A stretch of DNA of 64,000 nucleotides from Ginglymostoma cirratum. Lineage: Eukaryota. Each line of letters opens with the position of its first letter. Positions within the stretch are counted from its first letter, which is position 1. Positions 12,979-24,200 of this stretch are shown here, piece after piece. The position numbers were made by a program, and so were the translations under genes. The notes under the pieces are model-generated. The model saw nothing but the letters and a program-made list of their open reading frames with translations. It was not told where the DNA came from and did not search any database. The DNA lies in assembly GCA_024137785.1 (NCBI GenBank), contig JAHRHZ010000021.1:21588632-21652631 (forward strand). The letters run 5' to 3'.

Positions 12979-14266
12979 CCCTCCACCCCAGGGAAAAGAC
13001 CCTGACTGTTCACCCTAAGTATGCCCCTCAGATTTTATAAACCCCTATAAGGTCATCCCTCAGCCTCCAATGCTCCAGGAAAAATAGCCCCAACCTATTC
13101 AGCCTCTCCCAATAGCACAAACCCTCCAACCCTAGCAACATCCTTGTATAATCTTTCCTGAGTCCTTTCAAGTTTCACAACATCCTTCCTGAAGAAAAGA
13201 GACCAGATTTGAACGCAGTATTCCAAAAGTGACCTAACCAATGTTCTGCACAGCCGCAGCATGACCTCCCAACTCCTATACTCAATGCACTAATCAATGA
13301 AGGCAAACATACCAAATGCCTTCTTCACTATTCTGTCTACCTGCAAATCCACTCCTAAGGAACTACGAACCTGCATTCCAAAGTCTCTTTGTTCAGCAAG
13401 ACTCCCTATGACCTTATCATTAAGTGTATAAGTCCTTCCCTGATTTGCCTTTCCAAAATGCACCACCTCGCATTTATCTAAATTAAACTCCATTTGCCAC
13501 TCGTTGCCCCATTGACCCATCTGATCAAGATCCCGTTGAACTTAGAGGTAACCTTCTTCACTGTCCACTATACCTCCAATTTTGTGTCATCTGCAAACTT
13601 ACTAACCATACCTCCTATGTTCACATCCAACTCATTTATATAAATGTCAAAAAGCAGTGGACCCAGCACTGATTCTTGTGGCTTCCTGCTGGTTGCCGGC
13701 CTGCAGTCCGAAAAGCAACCCTCCACCACCACCCTCTGTCTCCTACCTTCAAGCCAGTTCTGTATCCAAATGGCTAATTCTCCCTGGTGGTCTAACCTTG
13801 CTAACCAGTCTACTATGAGGAACCTTGTTGAATGCCTTACTGAAGTTCATATAGATCATATCCACTGCTCTGCCCTCATCAGTCCTCTTCGTTACTTCTT
13901 CAAAAAACTCAATAAGTTAATGAGACACAATTTCCCATGCACAAAGCAGCGTTGACTATCCATAATCACTAGTCTATAATTCCCTGCCTTTTCCTTACCA
14001 CCTTTCTTAAATAGTGACACCATGTTAGCCAAACTCCAGTTTACCGCACCTCACCCGTCATTATCGATAATACAAATATCAGAAAGGGGCCCAGAAATCA
14101 CTTCCCTAGCTTCCCACAGATTTCTAGGATACACTTGATCAGTCCTAGGGATTTATCCACTTTTATGCGTTTTAAGACATCCAGTTCCACCTCCTCAGTA
14201 ATATGGTCATTTTTCAAGATTTCGGTATTTATTTCCCTACATTCTCTATCTTCCATATCCTTCTCC
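12979..14266 (-). mobile_element. Decayed CR1 LINE ORF2 (RT) fragment
   Basis: WQMEFNLDKCEVVHFG, DRIVKKAFGM, EEVELDVLKRIKVDKS. Confidence 0.85.
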
Positions 14267-15799
14267 TGGGAGTTCTGGGCAAGATTCTTACTAGGCACCA
14301 GTGAGTTCCTATTAAGAGGGATTATTGCTTTGTAATAATCTTACTAACTACATACCTCTCCTTGCATCCGAATATACCACCTGAGCAAACTAGACAGAGA
14401 ATTCTCAACATGGAAGTCAGAGCATGTACCTGGTGGCTTAAGCTTGTCATTGTCTGCAAACTGCCCCATTGTTGTCACCATGAAACAGCATCTCAGGGCA
14501 CAGTCTGTTTGCACCAGCTGCATGTGTCCATCAACGTTGGCATCCAATAATTGCCAACTCCCCAGATCATCATTACACTTCTCCAATCCAGGACACTTAG
14601 GAAGCTGAGATCTGCATTGCAGTCAGCACTGGCAACCAGCATTGAAAATCAGCTGCAAGGACACTTTGCCCACAGAGCAAGTAACCATCTTACAGTCTGG
14701 ACCAGGCTATATCTCAGGGCTGCTCTCTTAGCACTCATTCACTTAGCACCTATCTCAATGCTTGTTGTATCCACATCATGCCTTGCCTTGCCATGCCAGT
14801 TATCATACCGATGCTTCAGCCAGAACCTAAAGCTTATCAGTATTGCTGTCTTGACATGCTCTTTTGTATAGAAACACAGATGGGTTCCTTGTTATGCTTG
14901 TCAGTAGGGATCTATCCAAGGCTGGGGGAAGAGGCATATTGTTGTATGGCATACCAAGCCAACAATCTCACACCTACAGCATCTGCTAGGCGCATGTGTG
15001 GCAAAAACACTGCAAATTTATTTAGCCAAATGTCCTGGGACACTGTGATTGGACTATCATGGATGTTACAGCAGAACCTAAGGGGAGTAGGAGCTGGTGG
15101 TCATCCTCTCCCGGTAGCTGCAAAGTTGGCAGCTGCTTTGAGCTTCTATATGACTGGCTCCTTCCAGGGTGTGATGGATAACCTGTGTGCGACCTCTTAG
15201 TCATGCACCCACAAATGACCGGGATAGTGACCGATGCCTTGTGAGCAAAAGTCATCCTGATTCATTTTTAATTGCCAATGGTGAGGTCCCTCCTGCAGCC
15301 TGGGCTGTAGGACTAAGGAACATAGTGCAGTGCAGGGTGCAATCAACTGCACACAATCCACACTGACAGGGTCATGTCACAACACTGCAGAATTCATCCA
15401 TAGGAAAGAGTTCCATTTGATTAATAAGTAGGTGATCAGTGATCACCACTACCACTTGTATGTGCCCAGAACCCTGAACACGATCATGCCTCTTACACCC
15501 TGGAGCTGTCTTGTGTACTTAGAGCATCTGAGGATCCAAGGGCCTTACAAAGCTGGTTACTGGGGGACAAGGGCTACTCCTTCCCTGTCACCATAGCTCA
15601 TGACAGCATTGTGCAACCTCCTGGCTGATTCAGAACACAGATACAATGCTGCCTGTACTTCATCCTGGGCCATTTTAGAGCAGACTGTAAGGCTGTTGGA
15701 GATGTGGTTCCACAGCTTGTACCAGTCTGGGGGTGCCTCCAATATAATCCACACAGAGCTGCAACATGCGTTACTAGCCAGACCGGACCTGAATGACAG

Positions 15800-15958
15800 G
15801 AGCAAATTTCTGCAAGATGCTGGAATCTGTACTGAAAGCAAAAAGTGCTGGAGATTACGGCTCTGATGAAGTGTCATCTAGACTTGAGACATTAGCTTCC
15901 TTTCTCTCCATGGATGGTGCCTGACCCGCTGTGATCACCAGCATTTCTGTTTTCAGGA
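15800..15958 (+). mobile_element. Short Penelope pLTR-derived insertion with degenerate hammerhead motif
   Basis: CTGATGA (15863-15869)...GAGA followed by pLTR-like 3' end, preceded by an inverted pLTR piece; possible TSD tgaatgaca. Confidence 0.55.
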
Positions 15959-16194
15959 TATGAATGACATCCAGTTTCAGTAGATGAGAGCTGAGTGCAG
16001 CAGGAAATGGTGGACTGCAAAATAGTCGTCGGTCATCTGTCAGAATTTGGGTTGCGTTATGGGGGTAACCATAGCCTCCGTTGGTTTTGTTTGTGTTCTG
16101 ATTGCATGCCTGCATGTAATGTTCCCCTATTGGACAATGACATGATGAGGGCATTGAGGACAGAGTAGTGGGAAATTAGAGAGAATGTTTAGAT

Positions 16195-16330
16195 GGGAAC
16201 AAAAGCAGAAATTGCTGGAGAAGCTCAGTGGGACTGGCAGCATCTGTGGGAAGAAAGCATTGTTAATATTTCAAGTCTGGTGACTCTTCATCAGAACTGT
16301 TTGTAGGGAGGAGAAAGTGGTACTTATGCT
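16195..16330 (-). mobile_element. Penelope pLTR fragment with hammerhead core at 16261-16300
   Basis: Minus strand reads acagtt-CTGATGA-agagtc/acca/gactt-GAAA-tattaaca. Confidence 0.65.
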
Positions 16331-16399
16331 GAAGTCGAAGTTGGGAAGCAGAGGGGGTGCAGAAGGGAAAGATGAGCCCTTTCCCCAACGCCCCCCCTC

Positions 16400-16468
16400 C
16401 CCACACTCACCCACACACCCACACACACACCCACACACACACCCACACACACACCCACACACACACAC
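16400..16468 (+). repeat. Compound (CA)n / (CCCACACACA)-type microsatellite
   Basis: Directly visible. Confidence 0.95.
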
Positions 16469-17562
16469 TTTGTCTTCATCATAAATACCAGCTTTTGCAC
16501 CTGCAGTTCTTTGTCTTAATTTAGTGTATAGATGGGAGGTAGCTAAGAACAAGTAAACCATGTGACCTTGTAGTTAAACAGCGACTAGGGTGGGAATGGG
16601 TTGAATGTGTGAGGGAGTGTCAGCTGTGAGCCTATGTGCCATGAGTAATGTGGCTTTGTGGCTGCTGTGCTGTATGTTGCTGGCAAGGGGCAATGCCAGA
16701 TTGCCAACTCTTACCTGGGTCTTTTGAAAATGGCACAGGCACAGGAGGGCTTGTATTTTGGTGGATATCTGGTGTGTGGTGAATTGTTCTGGGAACAGTG
16801 GTGGTAGGATGGGGCTGGATCCATACATGAGAGATAGTGGCAAGGGAGCAATTGGTAAGATTTGTAAGAGATCTCGCTTGGTGTCACAGAAAGAAGTCTA
16901 CTATGAAACTTAACAAAACTTGACACTTTGCCAAGAATAAACATAAAATGCAGCCCATGGTAACTAATTCAATGGTTTGCTCAGAAATAGAATTAGAAAG
17001 GTCTGGAAATACTCATCTGGAAGGTCTGGAAGTATCCTCTTAGTAACTTGCTTTTATTGTAGCCAGGTTCTTCTCTGAAGGTAGACTTTAAATTGGCCCT
17101 TCAGCTTTGAGAGTGCACCGAGTGCCACCATTAATTGGACAGAGGACTTCATATCAATTAAGGGAGTGCCGCAGGCAAAATTCCAGTTCAGTGAGTGTTT
17201 CTCCCTGGTTCTGCACTTCAAGATAATCCATGCTTCTGTTTGCTGCCTGGAGCTAAAATACTGATCAATATTTCAAAGATTAGTTCTGTTTTTCTCTTCC
17301 AAAAAGCTGCTCTGATTAACAGTATCCAAAGTGTAATCTCTTCATGTTGGCATATTCAGAATCATTTTTCCCCCTGCACTTTCATTACCTTTGTTTATTC
17401 ACGTTTGTGAAGAAACACTTAAACGAAATGAGTGGAATGAAATGTCATAATAAAACAAACCTCTTCAAGTCTCATATCATGGTGAATACTTTTGAGCTGC
17501 TGGCTGAAACTCGATTAAATCATTAAGAAACATTGACGATTGTCAGTATTAGATTTGCAGGT

Positions 17563-17679
17563 GGGATTCTTGAGGTGCAGTGATAGTGTCCCTACCTTTG
17601 AGCTAGCAGGCCTGGGTTCAAATCTCAACTGCTCTAGAGGTGTGTCATAATGTTTCTGAACAGGTTGATTAAAAATACC
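17563..17679 (+). mobile_element. Short tRNA-derived SINE with 14-bp TSD
   Basis: A-box-like ggtgcagtgatag and B box GGTTCAAATC; TSD ttagat(t/g)tgcaggt (17549-17562 / 17680-17693). Confidence 0.75.
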
Positions 17680-17855
17680 TTAGATGTGCAGGTCTCTTTA
17701 AGAGTCAAGTAGAGCAATACCTGAGTTTATTCAGTTCCCACAATTCTCTTTGGAGGTGGGTAAGAGCTATATTCTTTGAGTTCAAGTTCTGTGTGATAAT
17801 ATCTCTGAACGGGGTGATTAGAAAATATGAGGAGGAATGGACCGAGTTCTCAATT

Positions 17856-18048
17856 AGAGAGAGAGAGGTTGACACTACAGGGACTGGAGTGCTTTATTTT
17901 CTCTTCCAATTCCATTTTGATTGAGTCCATCCTTCAATTCCTTCCCCTCCCCTCTCCCCTATTCTGCGATTAATGCACTGCCCTTGGTGGGCAGTGCCAG
18001 TAATACAATTGATTGTTTATTTGGTTAGATGGAAGGGGAAAAAAAAAT
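17856..18048 (+). mobile_element. Tx1-clade LINE 3' end, unit A
   Basis: Translates RERLTLQGLECFIFSSNSILI (ORF2 C-terminus), then 3'UTR with stem-loop and A-tail. Confidence 0.7.
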
Positions 18049-18061
18049 GAGCTGGCTTCAT

Positions 18062-18319
18062 CCTGACTGTCTGCCTCTTTATCACAGTGATGTCCCTGTG
18101 TGAATAACCTTGGGGAGGGAGCACATGGTGTCCACCAGTATCCTTGAGAACTTCAGAGACCGGTGAGCACCGCAGGGTTGAAATGCATTCTCTCTCTTTT
18201 GAATCCATTTTAATTTGGTTCCCTCCCATTTTCCCAACCTTTCCATCACTTCTGTGTTGGTTTTTTTTTGTTTAATTAGTCAATTGTTAAACTGGTGGGG
18301 ATTTACTCAAAAAGAAAAT
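18062..18319 (+). mobile_element. Tx1-clade LINE 3' end, unit B
   Basis: Translates PDCLPLYHSDVPV*ITLGREHMVSTSILENFRDR*APQG; then 3'UTR and A-rich tail. Confidence 0.78.
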
Positions 18320-18335
18320 GAGTGGTCTCCATGTA

Positions 18336-18450
18336 GGGCTTTTGTGGTGCAATGGTAATGTCCCCTACCTCAGACAGCAGGCCCTAGTTCATGCCCCACC
18401 TGCTCTGGAAGTGTGTTATAACATGCCTGCTCTGGTTGTTCGAAAAAGAA
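18336..18450 (+). mobile_element. Short tRNA-derived SINE inside the Tx1 array
   Basis: Colinear with 17563-17679 (gggcttttgtggtgcaatggtaatgtcccctacc...ggttg..aaaaag). Confidence 0.65.
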
Positions 18451-18463
18451 GAGCTGGCTGAAT

Positions 18464-18602
18464 AATTTTGAATTAGTTCCTTCTCTTGTTTTCCCCACTT
18501 TTTAAAATGATTGTTGCACTGCACCGATGAGCAGGCTGTGTTACTTGCTGTTTGTTTAATTAGATAATTGAGTGGTTTGGTGGAGGGATTTTTAAATAGA
18601 AA
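18464..18602 (+). mobile_element. Tx1-clade LINE 3' end, unit C (stop-codon region and 3'UTR only)
   Basis: aattttgaattagttccttctcttgttttcccc aligns with the ORF end and 3'UTR start of units B and D. Confidence 0.6.
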
Positions 18603-18615
18603 GAGCTGGCTTCAT

Positions 18616-19123
18616 TATTCTGTGGTGCTGTGCAGAGTCCGTGGTCCATATATAAACTGGATGTGGGGCAGCTGTACCCTTGTTTTTAGTCATTTGAGAA
18701 ACCTGTAATTGTTCTTTTAGATGCATTCGAGCTTCATCCTCTTGATTTTTCGGACTCGATAACAACAAAGTGATGGTGAGTCATCAGCCTCCTTGTAGTC
18801 CTGCTCCTGGGCTGCCCTAAAGATACATCAACAGTTCCAGGCAGCAGGCTGGGAGCAACCTCTCTTCTGCAGTCACGTTCATTCTCTGGTGTCCTGGGAG
18901 AAGGAGCATGCAGTGTCCACCAGCATCCTCAAAGCTTTCAGAGAGAAGTGGGAGCTGGGGTGCATTCTTTTCTGTACATGCTCCATATTGATTCAGTCCT
19001 CTCCCTTGTTTTCCCTACCCTTTTGTGTTATGCGGTCATACAGCCCCTGGTATGCAGTGTTTGTAATTTTGTTTGTTAAGTGATTTGATAGATTGGTGGT
19101 AAATGCTTAAAATTTAAGAAAAA
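18616..19123 (+). mobile_element. Tx1-clade LINE 3' end, unit D (CCHC zinc-knuckle region to tail)
   Basis: Broken frames give FCG..ESVVHI...LLIF..LLVVLLLG...SWEKEHAVSTSILKAFREKW. Confidence 0.8.
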
Positions 19124-19136
19124 TAACTGGCTTCAT

Positions 19137-19459
19137 TAGGACTGCCTCGTGAGCCACCTTATGGGCTTGGTTGGAAGGGCAATCAATAGGTCTGGACAGC
19201 GACCCATGGAAGCGCTCCGAAATTCTGACCGTGTGCCTGTATTCTACAACTCTGTTCAAGCCCAGCTGTCCTTAGAGGGAGCTTTTAGAGGAAGAAGTGC
19301 ACCGTGGGGGCTAAGGTGCATTATTTATCCCACTGACTCCATCGTGATTTAGTCTCCTCCTGTATTTCTTCCCCTGTTTGACTTTTGTTGATACACAGTG
19401 CCTGATGGTTGTATTTGATGGACTGGACAATTTAGAGGTGAGTTTCCAAAAAAAAAAAC
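19137..19459 (+). mobile_element. Tx1-clade LINE 3' end, unit E
   Basis: ORF 19149-19352 LMGLVGRAINRSGQRPME...LSLEGAFRGRSAPWGLRCIIYPTDSIVI*, then 3'UTR and 11-A tail. Confidence 0.78.
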
Positions 19460-19867
19460 GACACTGGCTTTATCACCATGTAGGATTTTGTTTCTGGATG
19501 GAAGGTCTAGAATGGAACTGTGGAAGCCACTGTTCGTGTCAAGCTGAAGATTTACAGAAGAAACATTGCAAACTTTTGAACGTCTTTTGCTGCCTAATTT
19601 GCCCTAACAATATTAATCTCTTAAGCAATGCTAACTGCTCTGGTTCACGAAAAGTCATGAAGCAGACATTGTTCCATGGATTATTAATTATAGATATAAA
19701 ATACAAATCCAGTTGTAACTGTAAAATACACACAGCAATGGAATATCAATGTAATTTTACAAACATCAACGGCAGCTTATGACAGCAACAAATTTGGAAG
19801 AGTTACTGCATATAGTTTTCTTAGAATTGAATTTACTATCCATCCATCTGTAACACAGTATTTATTT

Positions 19868-20263
19868 CAGAGATAGTAGGAACTGCAGATGCTTGTCTCC
19901 GCCTCCCTAATCTGTCCTTCCTCCCACCTATCCCCTCCTCCTACCTCAAGTCCTACCCCATCTCCTACCTACTAACCTCATCCCGCTCCCTCTGCCCTCC
20001 CTGGACTGACCTATCCCCTCCCTAACTCCCCACCTACACTCACCTTTACTGGCTCCATCCCCACCTCTTTGACCTGTCTATCTCCTCTCCACCTATCCTC
20101 TCCTCTATCCACCTTCTATCCGCCTCCCCCCTCTCCCTATTTATTTCAGAATCCCCTTCCCCTCCCCCATTTCTGATGAAGGGTCTAGGCCCGCAACATC
20201 AGCTTTCCTGCTCTTCTGATGCTGCTTGGCCTGCTGTGTTCATCCAGCTCTACACCTTGTTAT
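19868..20263 (+). mobile_element. Penelope solo pLTR with short inverted 5' piece
   Basis: Pyrimidine-rich pLTR, CTGATGA-agggtctaggccc-GCAA motif, end matching 4202-4250; TSD cacag(t/c)atttattt (19854-19867 / 20264-20277). Confidence 0.85.
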
Positions 20264-20974
20264 CACAGCATTTATTTGTTGTATAACTCAAGACATATTA
20301 TCTCATGCATGTTCAGATCGTCCTAATCTAGTTATACACTGTTTCCATCTCTTTTAATAAAACAACATATTCAGACTGAATGAAGAATTTTCATTGAACA
20401 TGGCATAATTAACATGGCATGATAGGGAGAAGTGAGCTTGCAGGAAAGCTGGAAGTAACTGGGAACTTTATTGTATGTTGTTACACATCTGTTGGAAGCA
20501 AGGTACAAAACAAATTGTTTTCTGCCATATACTTCAATTGAGTTAATTGGTTAAAACAAAAGTCCCTTTTCTGGTTTGCTGAATTACTTGCCTTGTACAT
20601 TTAACATTTGATCTATATTGGATTTAGTTTATTTATTACAGTAAAGATCTTAAAATATGAAATCTTCTCTTTTAATTATTTCTGTTGATCGTCAGGAAAT
20701 TAATCTCTTTTAGACTAAGTTATTGGTGGTTAGAGCTATTTTACTAGCTGGCACTTACCTTGAAGCATTCTATAGCCCATACAGTACCTTTGAGCCATAC
20801 TCATGTTTGTAATGCAGGAAATGCAATAAGCACATTTGCACACAACATGTGACCTCAACGTGATAATGAACAGAAGATCTGTTATTGTAAAGTTGAATGT
20901 GGGATAAATATTGACCGGTACAGCAGGATAAATTGCCTGCTTCTTTTTTAAAAAAATCTGCAATTTTTGCCTTT

Positions 20975-21292
20975 GCAGCCACGGTGGCTCGGTGATTAGA
21001 ACTGCTGCCTTACAGTGCTTGGGACCCGTGTTTGACTTCAACTTCGAGTGACTGTCTGGGAGTTTGCACATTCTCCCTATGTCTGCGTGGGTTTCCTCCG
21101 GGTGCCCCGGTTTCCTCCCACAGTCCAAAGATGTGCAGGCTAGGTGGATTGGCCAAAAATAAAATTGCCTATAGTGTTCAAGATTTGCAGAATAGGTGAG
21201 TTATGGTGGATGGGTCTGGGTGGAATGCTCTGAGGGTCGGTGTGCAATTGTTGGGCCAAAGGGTCTGATTCCACACTGTCGGGATCCTATGA
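20975..21292 (+). mobile_element. HE1-type V-SINE
   Basis: Colinear with 10868-11967. Confidence 0.88.
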
Positions 21293-24200
21293 TAGTAGGG
21301 CAGAGTCGTGGTTTGATATATCTGCAAGATGGAAACTCTAACAGTGCAGCAATGTCAGCGTGTGATTTTTGTGCTGAGGTTGAGCACTGGGACTTGTGTG
21401 CAGAACATTCTGATGCAGAGACAAATGTACCATAGCAGTAGTTGAATTTTTATCAAGCCTTCTAAGATTGACGTTGAACCAGATTTGTAGACTTCACATC
21501 CAAACTGAAGATCTAAGCAGTAGGGGGGTATGTGAGGACCCTCAAAGGAAACCGAAAAAAGTCTAAACATGAAAAACAGAAAATAACTTGCTGATATTTT
21601 AAGCCTGTCACACTCTGACAGAATTCAAACTTTGTATTCCATTGATCTCTTTACATAATACACTCCACTGTCCACAGTCCACACTCCACATAGTTCCATG
21701 AAAGGCTAAAATCCAGAAAAGAATGTGATTAATTATCCAAGAAAAGAAATCCTGGGAAATCCTCTGACCCCAAAGGTAATCAAGCAAACTCCAGGAGCCT
21801 GTGCTGACTGGTATCATTAGTTCCCAAATTAGTGTACAAATTAAGATGTTTTGCACATTTGGATACTTGCCCAATTCTCTATTAAAGGTTTGCACAAATT
21901 TATCCTCACAAAATGGACAAGCTTACAGACCAAGCGTCTGTGCATTCATATTTTAGGTTCTCAATTACCTCACTTTTGTTGTAAGTCATAATATAAACAC
22001 CAGGTGGTGCTACACCACCTTTGGAAGCACAATACGTTAATGGTCTATCTCAAAAAGGGGCTTGCAATAACAGCATGATTAACTTTAAATTACTGAATAA
22101 AATATTAACATTTAGTTAATAAATTACCTAAAATTACTGTTCCCCTGTTTCCTGGAAAATGAGGCAATACCTAGACAGCATTTATAAGATCCTATAAATC
22201 CTTTCTTTTAGAAGTAAACATGGCGATTGAGCATGGTGGAGGAGGCATAGGATCTTGGAGTTATAAGCGGGGAAATCTATTAAGTCTCCATGTGTTGTGA
22301 GGTCTCCTGGACATAGATGATTACATAACAGTTAGCTGAAAGAAGCAGATAACTATTGCTGAAAAATATTTTGTCAGATCATATTCTAAAATAAGGAAGT
22401 GAAATAAAATAAGTGAAGCTCAGCTGGAGGATATCTTGGCTAAAGAAACCAATATGCCCAGATTTTGCAGTAGTAGTGACAATGAAACTTTCAGTGATTG
22501 TCATTATTACTCCACTGAAACTGACAGCAACTTCTGCAGTCTGCACTTATGTAATTAAACATAGAAATCCAAAGTTGCTGTTGGTGATTCTGTGCTTCGC
22601 CAGAGGGCACGCTGTTGAGATCGCTTCAGAATGCAATTAGCGAAAAATTTGTGGACTGAGTATACTCTTACATTCATAATTTCACATGAAATATTTGAAA
22701 ATGTTAAACTTTGTTTGATAACTTTTTAATAGTGTACTAATTACTCACAGTTACTCGTATACAGCCTCACTAGCCCTGAAATGGTAACTTTACACCTGTT
22801 CACTATCAAATATCTTTTATGTTAAAATTCAACATATTCTCAATTGTTTGAAGAAAAATGTTTATTTATGTTATATCAGCTTCCAGCTTAATTAGATGTT
22901 GTATGTGTCAACTCCACCCAGAAAGATTTAAAATTCAAAGTGAATGAATTCAGTAGCGTTTATTTCCTGGTTTGCTTTCTGTGAGAATACTTAAATGTGA
23001 TTGCTTGCTCTGCTTGATGGTATAATTGCTACTGAATACTTGGCAATCTCCCTGACTTGGCTGTTGAATCAATCAGGAAGGGGAAGATCCATGCCACAGA
23101 GATCACTAGGCCTTTGTGGGCAGCATTCTTTGATGTCTTGGTTACTGATATTGTTACTGCTAGCCATTTAAGTCCAAGCCACTATGTTAAAGTAAGAAAA
23201 CAATAGGGAATTAAGAGCTGTAATGATTATCATGCATTTGTGTATTGAATGGCTGTTTCATTTTCTTCTGTAAACCACTTGCCTGTTGACTTAAAATATT
23301 GATTTAATACAATACATTTATGTTCCATGATAAATAGAGACATTGAAGTTTTGCACGTTAAAAATTAACTTTCGAAAATCTTTCCTAAATGGAAATTCAT
23401 TGTCTGCATCTGTTTTGGCAGCAGTTAGTGCCAGGATTAACCATAAGTGTTAGCTTCTGAAAAGTCCAAATGGCATATTTATTTTTAGACGACTTACAAA
23501 GAAAATGATATACTTTTAGAACTCCACTCTTAACTCACTACCAAAGAGAGAATTCTTCAGTAAGTAAGAGGAAATTTGCGCATCGAATAGGTCAATTAAT
23601 GATTCTTATTTGGAACACCGATTTTAATTTTCTTCTTCCTGTCTGTTAGTGCAACTGCTGAGTATAACTTTCTGAGAATTTGGTTCTTAGCTGCTGGTAG
23701 GCTGACAGACATAGTGACTAAAATTGCTGATTCAGTACAGTATGGCACAGTTAACCTTGTCGCTATGAAAGAGGTCAGCAGTACACAGCAAATAGCGTAA
23801 CACTGGCTGTGGAAACCTGATCCTCGGTGTTAAAATTAGCTTAGCCCAAAGCAACTGAACACCGCAAACCTTTTGAAATAGCTTCATGTTTGTAGCAACT
23901 GTCAAAAATCAGCATATTCAAAAAAGCAGTATTTGATAAATATTCCATCTAGGGACCATAAAAGTAGATATTTTTAGAGAAAAGAGTCATGTTTTTACTT
24001 TGCATGCTAATTACTTTCTAAACTGCCATCTTTCTCATCTTTTAAAGCTTCTCATGGCAGTGATTAATGTTATTGTATCAAGAGTTATCTATTATTTGTA
24101 GTTTTGTCAATAATTTTGGTATTTACAACAGAACTTATTGTGCATGACTCTATTACCACATGGGGATTTTGCATTTACTGACCTTTGGAAAGACGAATTG

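Larger units (their letters stand above)
14277..17189 (+). mobile_element. Decayed PIF/Harbinger DNA transposon; transposase pseudogene at ~14880-15790
   Basis: Broken-frame HARBI1-like motifs: GGHPLPVAAKLAAALSFYMTGSFQ, VQGAINCT, WLLGDKGY, EHRYNAA..SWAILEQTVRLLEMWFHSL..SGGA. Possible termini gggcaagattctt (14277) and aaaattccagttc (~17189); outer limits uncertain. Confidence 0.75.

Noticed and set aside
16271-16561. Cys-rich ORF (CVCGCVCG) resembling metallothionein
   Set aside because: Translation of a CA-type microsatellite.
18049-19473. CRISPR-like reading of the recurring GAGCTGGCTTCAT motif
   Set aside because: Vertebrate DNA; the intervening units are ~115-510 bp, homologous to one another and retroposon-derived, and the motif is too short.
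19378-19782. 134-aa ORF
   Set aside because: Starts in a Tx1 3'UTR, reads through the poly-A tail and has no recognisable domain.
23650-23773. Candidate exon (ATAEYNFLRIWFLAAGRLTDIV...) after a good polypyrimidine tract
   Set aside because: Weak donor, unrecognised peptide and no partner exons; not supportable without RNA data.
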